From the NCBI GenBank assembly GCA_039208735.1, contig JBCCQY010000002.1:32001-96000 (forward strand): a stretch of 64,000 bases of DNA. Direction: 5' to 3'. Below, in pieces: positions 18,256 through 28,426 of the stretch. The notes beneath the pieces were generated by a model, which made no database searches, had not been told where the DNA came from, and saw only the letters and a program-made list of their open reading frames with translations. The stretch comes from Myxococcota bacterium (GTDB taxonomy: Bacteria; Myxococcota_A; UBA796; GCA-2862545). The translations under genes were made by a program, and so were the position numbers. The first letter of the stretch is position 1, and every line of letters begins with the position of its first letter.

Positions 18256-18840
18256 ATGCAATTCGATCCTGACATTACGGGCTTTACAGGTCCGATCGGC
18301 CAGCCGGGAATCCCGCTGGTCCCGAATATTGGCGTTGGACATCTATTGTCGCTAACAGGCTCAACGCTAATTGGCAGTGCCTTTTTCGACCGGACGAAAC
18401 CTCCACAAGCCGCTTCCGCGTTCGGACGAAATACGGACAGCTGGCACTGGACGCAGGCGGGTTCAGAGTGGCCATCCGTCGGGTTTCGGCTTCGCATTCG
18501 AACCAATCCGCCCTTCAAACCACACATCGGCGACTACGCGATCTGGACGGATCAGGCCTTCACTCCTACCACCCAGCTTCCCCCTACCGTTCCTCGCTTT
18601 CGGATTGTGCGAGAATCCGATCAGAAACTCCTGGGTGAGCTTCGCGTCGTCAAGGAGGGTTCCAAATGGCGACAGACCTGGTGGTCTCAAGCTTCGGTTC
18701 TGACCAATAAGCTTATCGAAATCAAGGCGGATGTCGATTACCGTTTCGAACCGATGAGCGGTCCCTCCGCACTCAATCCTGCCACGCTTCACATCGTTGA
18801 GCACGGGCTCACGAGTCTGACGAAGGTAACTCCCGGATAA
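18256..18840 (+). CDS. Hypothetical protein with atypical, lower-GC composition
   Basis: 194-codon ORF with GAGGGA SD; fills the gap between cmcJ-like and kinase genes; no recognisable motif. Confidence 0.55.
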   Translation: MQFDPDITGFTGPIGQPGIPLVPNIGVGHLLSLTGSTLIGSAFFDRTKPPQAASAFGRNTDSWHWTQAGSEWPSVGFRLRIRTNPPFKPHIGDYAIWTDQAFTPTTQLPPTVPRFRIVRESDQKLLGELRVVKEGSKWRQTWWSQASVLTNKLIEIKADVDYRFEPMSGPSALNPATLHIVEHGLTSLTKVTPG

Positions 18841-21082
18841 GTCGAATCCCAACGCTGGAATAGCGACCGCGGAAGTGACCCCCGAATCGGCCTGCACTGC
18901 GGCTCAAACGACCCTCGCTGGTCCAGGAGCCCCCCCGTGCGTTGCGGGTCTCCCCCGGCTCGGGGCCTAAGCCGCGAACTTCCGTGCCGTCGTCCGGTCC
19001 AGACGGTTCGTAGACGTTGCCGCACCAAATGCGCACGTTTCCTGCGACTCCGCGCACCCCGTAGACGCTGCAGTCTTCGGGGTGTTCATAAATCGACGCC
19101 CGTTGGGGGGTACCGCCCGAGCTGTGGCGCACGCGTGCCCAGGCCGCCTCGAAGTGGGACCCCCAAGGAAAGTGTCGGCCGTCGACGCCACGGGCCGATT
19201 TCTCGGCTTCCTGATCATGAAGCAGTCGCCAAGCCGAGCCCGTTTGCTCTGACCACCAGGTGGCGTACGCCTGCGCCGCGGTCCAAGTGATGAGGGCAAC
19301 GGGCCAGTCGAGCTGCCAGACCATGCTCTCGGTCCACCCCTCCAGCCCAAAGCCGTCTGGGCCCAGCCGCACGGCATAGCGGACCGCACCACCATCGACC
19401 GTGGTGCCCGGGGCCATCTCCCAGGCGCGGTCCACCTGCCCATCGCGCCACAGGTGGTTGAGGAACGCCAAGTACTGGCGATTGGTCACCACGTGTTTCT
19501 GCACGAGCCGATCCGCGATGAACAATCGTCGACGCCGCAGCCCGTCCAGCGCCACCGGGTCACCGCCCGAGACGAACCAGCCCGCAGGCATCCAACAGGC
19601 ATCGCCCAGCCCTTCCGCTGGAGGCAATCGATGACGCCAAGGCTCAGTTTGTCCAGGCCGGACCGTGACCCACGACTCACCGCTTTCGACAAACGCCGGA
19701 ATGCCGAGGGGTGGCCTCCCTTCTGGATGCAAGGTCAACAACAGGCTCCCGGACGGCACGTCGACCTCGCGCAAGGGGGTTCGACCCAGTTCCTTCACCG
19801 GCACGGGCACCAGCCGCCGATGCTGAACTTCAAACCTCGACAACTTCACCAGCACCCCTTCGGGCTCCGTGATCAACGTCAACGCGGCTCGCCCGCGGAG
19901 GTAGCGCTGGTATCGGCCCTGGTCGTGCTGCTTGAGGAGCTGCCGGTGGCGAACCTCTGCCAAGTGGTCCGAGCGTGCGGCGGCCCGCTTCGCATGGTGG
20001 TGGTGATGGTGGGCCAGCATTTCGTGGGCCTCGGGCAGGTCTGGGGACGTCTGGAGCGCCGCATGAACCATGCGGAACCAATCGACCCGCACGGACTCCG
20101 CCTCGGCCTCCCAACGCTCGGCCTCGTCCAGTGCCGCCCACGCCTCGTACTTCTCGGAGGGGTCCGCGTGGCTGCTCAGAAGTCGCAACGCGGCCTCGCC
20201 TTCCTCCAATCGCGATTGCGCCTGCGCCTCGAGCCGTTCGCAATCTTGGTTGACCACCTCTGCGGCCTCGAGCAGGGCCAGCGCCTCTTCACGCTTCGCC
20301 TCACCATCGAGTTCGGCTTCGATGGCATCGGCAAACGCAAGTGCGGAAGGTCGTTCAGCCGCCTGGCGCGCCTGGGTCCGGTCCACGAGGTCCGACAGCA
20401 TGTCGGTGCCAAACCGGTCCATGATTTCCTGGAGGACGCGACCCAGGGCGAAGACGTCGGTCCCTCCTTCGACGGTGCCCCCACCTTGTTGCTCCGGCGC
20501 CATGTAGCCAGGCGTCCCGAGTCCTCGGCGGTCGGGCATGCCGATTCGCAGGGCGATGCCCCAGTCGAGCACTTGAACTTCGCCAAAGGGCCCCACCAGG
20601 AGGTTCTCAGGCTTCAAGTCGCAGTGCACGATGCCCTGCTCGTGGGCATAGGCGACGCCGCGAGCGATCGAGGCGAGGTGCGTCAAGAGGCGAGGGAGAG
20701 ACACGTCCGCTTGACTGACCATCTCGCGCAGGGTCAGCCCACGCACCCGCCGCATCGCGTACCAGGGCCGGCCGTCCGACAGCACCCCGCGTGCATGCAC
20801 CGCCACGATCGCGGGATGATCGAGCCGGGCCATGGTGAGCGACTCATCATGAAATCGGCGTACAATGTCTGGGTCGCGAAGGCACGATGGAGCCAGCACC
20901 TTGATGGCTACATCGCGCGACATTCGTTCATCCCAGGCGAGGCGTACCTCTCCCATCCCCCCGTGTGCGATCAATCCCTTGTCGACGTACCCTTCAGGAA
21001 GTTCGACGTCAGGCTGATGGATCGGCGCGTCGGAGGGCTCACCCACCCAGGTGCGCGCCGTTCGTTCCGACTCCGGTTCCAT
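18809..21082 (-). CDS. Bifunctional Ser/Thr protein kinase / FGE-sulfatase domain protein
   Basis: GGMGEV, VAIK, HCDLKPEN, DWG, GTPGYMAPEQ; PEGA-like segment; EKSARGVDGRHFPWG, GNVRIW, RGGSW, GIRL. Confidence 0.9.
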   Translation of the reverse strand: MEPESERTARTWVGEPSDAPIHQPDVELPEGYVDKGLIAHGGMGEVRLAWDERMSRDVAIKVLAPSCLRDPDIVRRFHDESLTMARLDHPAIVAVHARGVLSDGRPWYAMRRVRGLTLREMVSQADVSLPRLLTHLASIARGVAYAHEQGIVHCDLKPENLLVGPFGEVQVLDWGIALRIGMPDRRGLGTPGYMAPEQQGGGTVEGGTDVFALGRVLQEIMDRFGTDMLSDLVDRTQARQAAERPSALAFADAIEAELDGEAKREEALALLEAAEVVNQDCERLEAQAQSRLEEGEAALRLLSSHADPSEKYEAWAALDEAERWEAEAESVRVDWFRMVHAALQTSPDLPEAHEMLAHHHHHHAKRAAARSDHLAEVRHRQLLKQHDQGRYQRYLRGRAALTLITEPEGVLVKLSRFEVQHRRLVPVPVKELGRTPLREVDVPSGSLLLTLHPEGRPPLGIPAFVESGESWVTVRPGQTEPWRHRLPPAEGLGDACWMPAGWFVSGGDPVALDGLRRRRLFIADRLVQKHVVTNRQYLAFLNHLWRDGQVDRAWEMAPGTTVDGGAVRYAVRLGPDGFGLEGWTESMVWQLDWPVALITWTAAQAYATWWSEQTGSAWRLLHDQEAEKSARGVDGRHFPWGSHFEAAWARVRHSSGGTPQRASIYEHPEDCSVYGVRGVAGNVRIWCGNVYEPSGPDDGTEVRGLGPEPGETRNARGGSWTSEGRLSRSAGRFGGHFRGRYSSVGIRLIRELPSSDS

Positions 21083-21111
21083 GTCCGGCAAAAATCCCCC
21101 AGGAGGGCAAC

Positions 21112-22026
21112 GTGGGACGCCTCGAGCATACCGCTTCGAACGTGATGCACTTGCTGCGGTCGCAGGAGGTGATCGGTCGATCGCGGGAATGTACGTTCCA
21201 GGTCGATGATCCATCCGTCTCGGGATTGCATGCAAGCCTCGCCTGGACTGGAGCGGTCTGGGTGTTGCGCGATGCCTCAAGCCTCAACGGCACCTTTGTG
21301 GATGGTGCTCGGGTCGAGCCGGGCAAGGCGGTCCGCGTGGATCGGGGGTCCGAAATCCAGTTTGGACGCTCAACACCATGGCGCCTTACCAAGGCCGGTC
21401 CTCCCCTCGCCCACGCCACTTGCTCCTCCACCGACACCATTCGCACGATGGAGGGGGGCATTTTGGAGTTTGGCGATGCAGCATCCCCCACGTGCCTCGT
21501 CCATAATGCTCGCACCCACAGCTACTGGATCGAAACGCCCCAGGATCGCTACCTGGTCGATGATGGCGAGGTTGTGCTGACCGGCGACCGCCGATGGCGA
21601 CTCCACCTCCCCGAAGCGATCATTCCCACGTCGGATGGCCAGGGGGCACCGCAGATCGATCAGCTGCGAGCGGAATTTCGCATCTCTCCCGACGAGGAGC
21701 ACGTGAGCCTCACCCTTCGGACGGCCGGCCGGCACTGGGACCTCACCACAAAGGCCCATCACTACACGCTCGTCACCCTCGCGCGGCACCGTCTTGCCGA
21801 CATCAAGGCCGGATTGGGTCCGGCCGAAGCCGGTTGGATCGACCGGCACGCCCTCCGTGATGAACTCAAGATTGGCGACAATCTGCTCTATACCCACCTC
21901 TTTCGTGCGCGAAACGAGCTTCGAGAGCTCGGCATTGAGCACGCCGCAGCGCTCGTGGAACGCCGGTCGGGCGCTGGCCAACTGCGCATCGGAATCAGAG
22001 ATTTAGAGGTTCTTCCAATCATTTAG
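21112..22026 (+). CDS. FHA domain protein with probable C-terminal winged-helix DNA-binding domain
   Basis: IGRS..SVSGLHA..SSLNGTFVDG (FHA); C-terminus LRDELKIGDNLLYTHLFRARNEL..LVERR..QLRIG; AGGAGG SD. Confidence 0.82.
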   Translation: MGRLEHTASNVMHLLRSQEVIGRSRECTFQVDDPSVSGLHASLAWTGAVWVLRDASSLNGTFVDGARVEPGKAVRVDRGSEIQFGRSTPWRLTKAGPPLAHATCSSTDTIRTMEGGILEFGDAASPTCLVHNARTHSYWIETPQDRYLVDDGEVVLTGDRRWRLHLPEAIIPTSDGQGAPQIDQLRAEFRISPDEEHVSLTLRTAGRHWDLTTKAHHYTLVTLARHRLADIKAGLGPAEAGWIDRHALRDELKIGDNLLYTHLFRARNELRELGIEHAAALVERRSGAGQLRIGIRDLEVLPII

Positions 22027-22108
22027 CCGAACACGTCACGGTTCTGCAAGGTTTCGCAAGACCATTCAGGCCCGGCTTCGGCCATGGTGATGGTTGGGGG
22101 GGTTGGCC

Positions 22109-23278
22109 ATGGAGCTTGCGCCAGGAACGTGGGTGGATCGCTTTGCGGTGGAAACCACGGTGGGCGTGGGAGGAATGGGAACCGTCCACCGGGTTCGGCA
22201 TCGGGAACTCGACTCTATCCACGCCCTGAAGGTACCGCATGAGGCCACCCCCCAACGGCTGACCCAGCTGCGGCGCGAGGCTCGCATTCAGGCCCGGGTG
22301 CGACATCCAAACGTGACGCTGGCCACCGACCTCGTCCAGGTCGACGACCGGCTTGCGCTCGTCATGGAGTTTGTCGGCGGGGCCACCCTTGAAACCGTGA
22401 TCCGAGGCATGCGCGTGCCGCGGTTCGAAATGGAGTTGCTGATCCCTGGGCTGCTCGCGGGAGTCGCCGCCCTTCATGCGGGCGGGGTGGTGCACCGCGA
22501 CCTGAAGCCCGGCAACGTCCTGCTGTCGGTTCAGGGCCGTCGCGTGGTCCCGCGACTCATCGACTTCGGCCTGGCAAGCGAGATCGGCGGACGTCGCCGC
22601 GACTCGGGGTCACGCGATTTCGGGACCCCTCACTACATGGCGCCCGAGCAGTTGCGAGACCCGACCTTGGTCGATCCCCGCCTCGACGTGTACGCCTTGG
22701 GAGCCATGCTCTACGAGCTAGCCACCGGACAACGTGCGTTTCCCTCCGACGACCCCCGGGTGGTCATGGAGGCCGCATCCCGTGGGCACATCGTCGCCGT
22801 GAGGGAACTGGCGCCGGATCTCCCGGAGCGCATGGCGCGAGCCATTGAGGGCGCGCTCCACGCCAACCCCGAGCGCCGCATCGCGAACTGCGCCGCCCTG
22901 TGGCGAGCGTGGTCCGGCCCCGAGGGGCCCTCCCTCGAAGAGGCCGCCCACTCCACCCTCGGCTGGCGAGGCGTGTGGCTCGAAGAACTCCACTTCCTCG
23001 CCCCGCCGCTCGTGCCTTTGCCTCCACTGGCCCGCGCGGTGCCTCCAAGTCCCCACGACTCCCCGCCCCAGGTGCCCCGTCCGGCCCTTCGTCCCACCCG
23101 TGCTTGGTCGTGGCCTTTGCTCCTCGCCGCCACGCTTGTGGGCATCCTGCTCATCGGCGCTGGCACCTTGCTTGCGGCCTGGCTCGTGACCGCTGAACGT
23201 GCCTCATGGTCGAAGAGTGACCCCGTTCATCCCCGCACGTCCCACCTGGCCTCTCCTGGCGCGGTTCTCCCCCGATAG
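22109..23278 (+). CDS. Membrane-anchored Ser/Thr protein kinase
   Basis: GVGGMGTV, ALK, HRDLKPGN, DFG, GTPHYMAPEQ; Pro-rich linker and TM helix. Confidence 0.92.
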   Translation: MELAPGTWVDRFAVETTVGVGGMGTVHRVRHRELDSIHALKVPHEATPQRLTQLRREARIQARVRHPNVTLATDLVQVDDRLALVMEFVGGATLETVIRGMRVPRFEMELLIPGLLAGVAALHAGGVVHRDLKPGNVLLSVQGRRVVPRLIDFGLASEIGGRRRDSGSRDFGTPHYMAPEQLRDPTLVDPRLDVYALGAMLYELATGQRAFPSDDPRVVMEAASRGHIVAVRELAPDLPERMARAIEGALHANPERRIANCAALWRAWSGPEGPSLEEAAHSTLGWRGVWLEELHFLAPPLVPLPPLARAVPPSPHDSPPQVPRPALRPTRAWSWPLLLAATLVGILLIGAGTLLAAWLVTAERASWSKSDPVHPRTSHLASPGAVLPR

Positions 23279-23326
23279 GGCGCGGACGGAAGGGCCGTGG
23301 TACCAGGGTACAGAACGCGAGCCACC

Positions 23327-23704
23327 ATGACCACTCGACCTTCCACCCCTTCCAAAGCCGATGATCTGCAAAGCCGGCGTGATGCGGCACAAAACGTGTT
23401 GTGGTGGCGAGCGCAGGTCCAATGGGTGTGGCAGACACTGTTCACGATGTTGTTGCTCGTCGACTTGGGGCTGGCCGGTTGGCTCGTCTCTGGCGCAGCG
23501 AACAGCAGCAACACCGCGGTCGATCTCGGTAGCCGACTGTTTGGCGACGCCGAGGAGGCCGCCTGGCTTGGCTGGCTCACCTACTTTGGCTGGTTGTTCT
23601 TCGAGCGAATGAGCCGTGCCCGTCGGATGCGTCGATCCGCACGCCTGGCCCGTCTGCTCCTCCAACGAGGCCACCCCAAGTGGTTCTTCGCGTTGAACTC
23701 CTGA
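23327..23704 (+). CDS. Hypothetical membrane protein (in frame with the next ORF across a TGA)
   Basis: Two hydrophobic helices; same frame as 23720-25342. Confidence 0.55.
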   Translation: MTTRPSTPSKADDLQSRRDAAQNVLWWRAQVQWVWQTLFTMLLLVDLGLAGWLVSGAANSSNTAVDLGSRLFGDAEEAAWLGWLTYFGWLFFERMSRARRMRRSARLARLLLQRGHPKWFFALNS

Positions 23705-23719
23705 ACCGAGGACGAATCC

Positions 23720-25342
23720 GTGGCGCGTACCGAAGATGAAGCACTCGACGAGCTGCTGAATGGCGAACGCAGCCTGTCGTGGTCCCGGGTGACAACCTGG
23801 GTGGCCTCCGTCGTGACCTTGCTGGTCATCGTGGCTTTGTTGGCGGTCACGATGCAGCAGATTGCCCAGACCGATCGCGATGCGTTCGATGCCCACCTGC
23901 GGGAGGCCCGGGTGCAGCGGGCCCTCGATGCCGCGCGCGAAGTCCAGGCGATCGGGGCCGAGCAATTCTTGTCGTTTGGGGCGCCTCGGGGCGCCACCAA
24001 GTGCCAGGAGGGACTCGAGGCCGAGGGCTGCTCGGCCGGCTTCCGTCGAATCGTTCAGGACTTCGTTCACGGTCGCTTCGTCGACTTCAACGCGGTGCGG
24101 GAATTGCGTGCGGTCGCGGGGGCTGGCGGAGGCGATGAGCAAGCCTTGGCCGCCGTGATCCTCGACATCAACTCGCTCGAACGTTGGGTCGCTCCGTTGG
24201 CCGAATCGGCCGCCGATCTCGAAGGAGACGAACTGTATCGCTCCGTGACGGCCCGGCTTCCCAACGACCGTGAAGCCGCTTGGTCCCGCATCCGCGACCG
24301 CCTCGATGCCGTCTCGCTCGGCGTGAGCGGCGCCAACGAAGGCAGCTGCGAGGTGTGCGCCCGCATGCTGTGGGGCGATCCTGGTGAAGTAGCCGCCGGC
24401 GCCGCCCCCTCCTTCATCGACCCCGCAGATTCGTTCACCCTTTCTGTGTGGCAGGCGGAGTGCCTGCGGAAGCTTCCGATCCTCGCCGATCCCGCCTACG
24501 CCAACTGCGACATGACGGCGCACAGCGACGATGAGCACGAGACCGCGCAGGCGATGGGCCGGGTGACCGCCCAGGAGCGATTCGAAGCCGCAACGGCGTG
24601 GCTCGAAGCGCAGGCCTCAAGCGATGGTGAAAAGGTGTGCGATGTGCTCGAGGGTGGCTCCGGCACGGGTCGTCGGACGGTGTCGGTCATTGCGGGCCGC
24701 GCCTACAACGGCCTGGCCATGTCGCTCATCAACCGTGATGCGGTGAGTTCGTTGCATCTCAAGCAGGCGAGCGAAGCGATCAACCGGGCGATCTGCTTTC
24801 GGGAAGAGGCCAAGGAGACGCGAGCGCAGGTGGCCGCAAGTCGTGAGAACCTCGCGGTGATCGCGTATCGGCGGGCCTGGCAAAAGCAGGTGGAGGGCGA
24901 ACGAGACGACGCCAGCGAGGCGTTTGGTCAGGCTCGATGCCTGGCTGAGGCGGCCGTCGCCGACAACGCCAACCTCCCCTGGTCTTGGACGATCCTGTAC
25001 CTGACCCACACCGCATCTTCTTCGGTGTTTGCCGACCTCGATTGCGCCGAAGCGATGGGTCAACCCGACTCCGAAGTGGGCAACCGATCGCGCACCCGCG
25101 CCCGCCTCTGGCGAAAGCTCACCTTCTTCGATCCCGACGCGTTCGCACCGGAAGAGCTGCCCGGACTGTTGAGGATGTTTCCCGAAGGGGAGTTCAACCG
25201 GACCGGCTACACCAATCTCGCCCCGCTGTTAGTCGACGTCGCAGACGACCACCGGGCCCTGCGGGACGGGACCGAAGCTCCTTGGAAGGTCTTCGTCACC
25301 TCGGTCGTCGAGCCGGCGGGCATCAAGCTCCCAGGGTTTTGA
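23720..25342 (+). CDS. Hypothetical membrane-anchored, Cys-containing TPR-like protein
   Basis: N-terminal TM helix; GRAYNGLA and ASRENLAVIAY TPR-like helices; many Cys. Confidence 0.65.
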   Translation: MARTEDEALDELLNGERSLSWSRVTTWVASVVTLLVIVALLAVTMQQIAQTDRDAFDAHLREARVQRALDAAREVQAIGAEQFLSFGAPRGATKCQEGLEAEGCSAGFRRIVQDFVHGRFVDFNAVRELRAVAGAGGGDEQALAAVILDINSLERWVAPLAESAADLEGDELYRSVTARLPNDREAAWSRIRDRLDAVSLGVSGANEGSCEVCARMLWGDPGEVAAGAAPSFIDPADSFTLSVWQAECLRKLPILADPAYANCDMTAHSDDEHETAQAMGRVTAQERFEAATAWLEAQASSDGEKVCDVLEGGSGTGRRTVSVIAGRAYNGLAMSLINRDAVSSLHLKQASEAINRAICFREEAKETRAQVAASRENLAVIAYRRAWQKQVEGERDDASEAFGQARCLAEAAVADNANLPWSWTILYLTHTASSSVFADLDCAEAMGQPDSEVGNRSRTRARLWRKLTFFDPDAFAPEELPGLLRMFPEGEFNRTGYTNLAPLLVDVADDHRALRDGTEAPWKVFVTSVVEPAGIKLPGF

Positions 25343-25500
25343 CGGAAGCAGCACGCTCCCAACATCCCCATCCCACGCACGCCAACCGGGGAGATACGAT
25401 CCATTGAGCCCCAGCTGGGGCCCAACGCGGTTGGTGGTTGGGAGCGGTTGGGATAGCCGTGGGTCGGACCACGGCCTTGCTCGGGGGAAGGGAGCAACTC

Positions 25501-26301
25501 ATGGCACTCGTGGTGTGGTTCATCGCCACGACAACAGCCCATGCACAGTGCGTGGACCAGCCCACTCGGATCACGGAAGTGGAGTCGGCGGTCCTCGAAG
25601 GTCGTGATGCCGATGCCCTCAAGGCCGTTTCGCGATTGCTGGAGTCGTTTGGTTGCGGACCGCTCGCCAACGCAGAGACCCTGGCTCGCATGTGGCTCGC
25701 ACAAGCTGTGCTCTTCGACAACTCGGGCGAGACCCTGGCCGCCAACGATGCCTTGCTCGCCGCAGCAGAGCTTTCCCCGGCGACGTGGGTCGACGGCTAT
25801 GGATTGGCTATGCGTGTGCGACAGCTGCGACTCATGGCCCGCGAGAGCCTCGACGATCGCCCGAAGGGCAACGTGGAGATCGAGCCGGTGGGCTATGTCA
25901 CGGGCATCGACGGGACGCGGTACGACCGGTTTCCCGCGCGGATCCCCGCAGGGCTACATCTGGTTCAGGTCGGACCGAGCGTCAACGAAATGAAGCACGC
26001 CGAGTTGGTCGACGTGCTGCCGGAGACCGACTTGGTCGTGGTCACCAACCTGCCGCCACCTCGCCGGTCGTTGACCCTCGAAGCGCGCCGTCGTCGGCGC
26101 TTCTTCACCGGCGCTGCCTTTGCGGGGGGCGCGCTTGCCGCCTACGCACTGACCGCCGCGACCAACGCCGGGTTTGACAACAACCCACGCCGTAGCGTGG
26201 CCATCGTCAACAACTCACTGGTGGTGGCGTCGGCCGGGCTCCTGGCCACGTCGGGCACGTTCTTCGTCTACGGCGGCACGACCGGGCGGAGGGCCCGGTG
26301 A
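25501..26301 (+). CDS. Hypothetical secreted protein with PEGA-like segment and C-terminal hydrophobic helices
   Basis: Signal peptide AHA-Q; IPAGLHLVQV; GTGA overlap with the kinase gene. Confidence 0.7.
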   Translation: MALVVWFIATTTAHAQCVDQPTRITEVESAVLEGRDADALKAVSRLLESFGCGPLANAETLARMWLAQAVLFDNSGETLAANDALLAAAELSPATWVDGYGLAMRVRQLRLMARESLDDRPKGNVEIEPVGYVTGIDGTRYDRFPARIPAGLHLVQVGPSVNEMKHAELVDVLPETDLVVVTNLPPPRRSLTLEARRRRRFFTGAAFAGGALAAYALTAATNAGFDNNPRRSVAIVNNSLVVASAGLLATSGTFFVYGGTTGRRAR

Positions 26302-27980
26302 GCGATCTTCCTGAACTGGCTGAAGGCACCCAACTCCCCGACGACCGAGGCCGCCACTTCGTCCTTGAGAAGCAGGTGGGCCGTGGCGGATTCTCGGAGG
26401 TGTACCTGGCGCGCCTCGAGCAACGCGACGGCTTGATTCGCCGCGTCGCCCTCAAGTTGCTGCATCCCGGCCTCGACCCTGAAGGTCAGCCGGTCGAGCG
26501 CATGCGCGACGAGGCCAAGCTGTTGGCTCGCCTCGAACATCCCGTGATCCTCACCGCTCACGAACTCCTCGAACTCGGCGGCCGCATGGCCATGCTCACC
26601 GAGTACGTCGAGGGGGTCGACTTCAAGGACTGCCTCGATGCGGGCATGCCGAAGGGCCCGATCCTCGAAGTGATCGAGCAGGTCGCCGAGGCGCTGCACG
26701 TTGCGTGGACCGAGCATCAGGTGGTTCACCGCGACATCAAGCCGGCCAACATCCGCATCGGCTCGCACGGCAACGTCAAGCTGCTCGACTTTGGGATCGC
26801 CCGCTACGAAGGCATCACGCGGTCCGCGCAAACCACGTCGGGAACGCTGCTGGGCACCCTCACCTACCTCGCGCCCGAACGATTCGATCTCGCAGGGGCT
26901 CCCGAGCCCGCAAGCGACATCTTTTCGCTCGGTTGCGTGCTGTTCGAAGCGTGGACCGGAACGCGGTTCTTTGGTGGCCTCGAAGCAAGCAAGTTGCTCC
27001 GGCTGACCGAAGACGCCGACCACTTCGACACCTACCTCGACGAACGGCTCCTCGAGCACGCGCTGGACCCCATTGGCCCGCTCCTCCACGGCATGCTGTC
27101 CTTCCATGCCGACGAACGCCCTTCGGCCATCGAGGTGGCCCGGCGATGCGAGCAACTCGCGGGTGCCTGGCCGGGCCGACTCACGTTGCGTCGTTGGTGT
27201 CGCGAGAGCCGCTGGCCCGACCCGTCGGGTCCCGCTGAAGACACCCCCCCGCCCATCGTGACCTCGGACGGGATCGCCCTGACATCCACGCTATCGCAGG
27301 CCCTCGATGCGCCCACGGTGCCCGTCCCTCCGCTCGAGGAGTCGGGTCCAGCGTCGAACAAGCCGGTCTGGATGACGCTCGCCGACCTTCTCACCCAACT
27401 TCCACAGGCGGCGTTGTTGGGCGGATCGGTTCTCGCTATCGTCGGCATGCTGGGTCTGGTGAGCATCATTGCGATCGTTTCTTGGTCGACGTCGTCCGTC
27501 GAAGAGCAAGTGGCGACCCTCGATGAGGATGAAGATCCTTCCTTGCTGCCCGCCACGGGTCCGTTCCCCGAACGAACCGTCGAGCCGGTAGCCGAAGAGG
27601 TCGAGCCCCTTCCGCCCGCACCCGTCCGGCCGCCGGTCCGTGCCAAGCGAACTCCCGTGGCCCCTCCGGAGCCCGTCCAGGCAGAGGTCGTGGCGGAGCC
27701 CGATGCCGATGCGCCTCGGCACCCCATTCTCGTGACGTCCGTGCCTTCGGGCGCCAACATCGAGCTGCAGGGTGAGTTCCAGAACTACACGCCCTACACC
27801 CTTGAACTGCTCTCCGGCACCTACACCCTGACGCTTTCCCTCGACGACGATCGCGTCCAACGGCGCATCAAGGTGGGTCCCTTCGCCCGCGGCTACGTGT
27901 GGTGTGTCCGCGAAAACGCTTGGAAGTCAACCAGTTCCACCGACTGGCGAGAGGCCAGCAAGGTGTGCACGACGCCTTAG
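26298..27980 (+). CDS. Transmembrane Ser/Thr protein kinase with C-terminal PEGA domain
   Basis: [34 protein letters not shown] helix; [18 protein letters not shown]. Confidence 0.92.
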   Translation: MSDLPELAEGTQLPDDRGRHFVLEKQVGRGGFSEVYLARLEQRDGLIRRVALKLLHPGLDPEGQPVERMRDEAKLLARLEHPVILTAHELLELGGRMAMLTEYVEGVDFKDCLDAGMPKGPILEVIEQVAEALHVAWTEHQVVHRDIKPANIRIGSHGNVKLLDFGIARYEGITRSAQTTSGTLLGTLTYLAPERFDLAGAPEPASDIFSLGCVLFEAWTGTRFFGGLEASKLLRLTEDADHFDTYLDERLLEHALDPIGPLLHGMLSFHADERPSAIEVARRCEQLAGAWPGRLTLRRWCRESRWPDPSGPAEDTPPPIVTSDGIALTSTLSQALDAPTVPVPPLEESGPASNKPVWMTLADLLTQLPQAALLGGSVLAIVGMLGLVSIIAIVSWSTSSVEEQVATLDEDEDPSLLPATGPFPERTVEPVAEEVEPLPPAPVRPPVRAKRTPVAPPEPVQAEVVAEPDADAPRHPILVTSVPSGANIELQGEFQNYTPYTLELLSGTYTLTLSLDDDRVQRRIKVGPFARGYVWCVRENAWKSTSSTDWREASKVCTTP

Positions 27981-28351
27981 GTGCCCGTGTCGCCCGTGTC
28001 GACGGGAGCTGCGGTGTCATCCTCGCTCGTATCGGCCGGGTCGGAGGGCATCTCGGAGGTGTCGGCGGTGGGGCCGGTTGGCGTGGTCTGGGAACCCACG
28101 ATCTGGCACTTCAGGCTGCACGTGCCGTCATTGGCGTTGAGCGCGCCCTCATCGCACTCCTCCTGACCCGCCCAGACGATTCCATCGCCGCACACCGCCG
28201 CCTCACAGACATTCGTGCAGGCATCGGTGTCGACGTCGTTGCCGTCGTCGCACGCTTCCTCACCCTCGACGAGCCGATTTCCGCAGGTGCCGAGGGGGAT
28301 CCAGGCACACCCACTCGGGGCGACGATGAGCATCAGCACGAGGTGAGACAC
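27977..28351 (-). CDS. Myxococcus cysteine-rich repeat (DUF4215-like) small protein
   Basis: [21 protein letters not shown] and [24 protein letters not shown]-rich tail. Confidence 0.8.
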   Translation of the reverse strand: MSHLVLMLIVAPSGCAWIPLGTCGNRLVEGEEACDDGNDVDTDACTNVCEAAVCGDGIVWAGQEECDEGALNANDGTCSLKCQIVGSQTTPTGPTADTSEMPSDPADTSEDDTAAPVDTGDTGT

Positions 28352-28426
28352 ACAGGCTCCCGCCAGCTCCGCTTCAGCGGCGTCCGGCGAGGGGACCATA
28401 TCGCTGTGCGGAAGCCTGTGCAGGAC

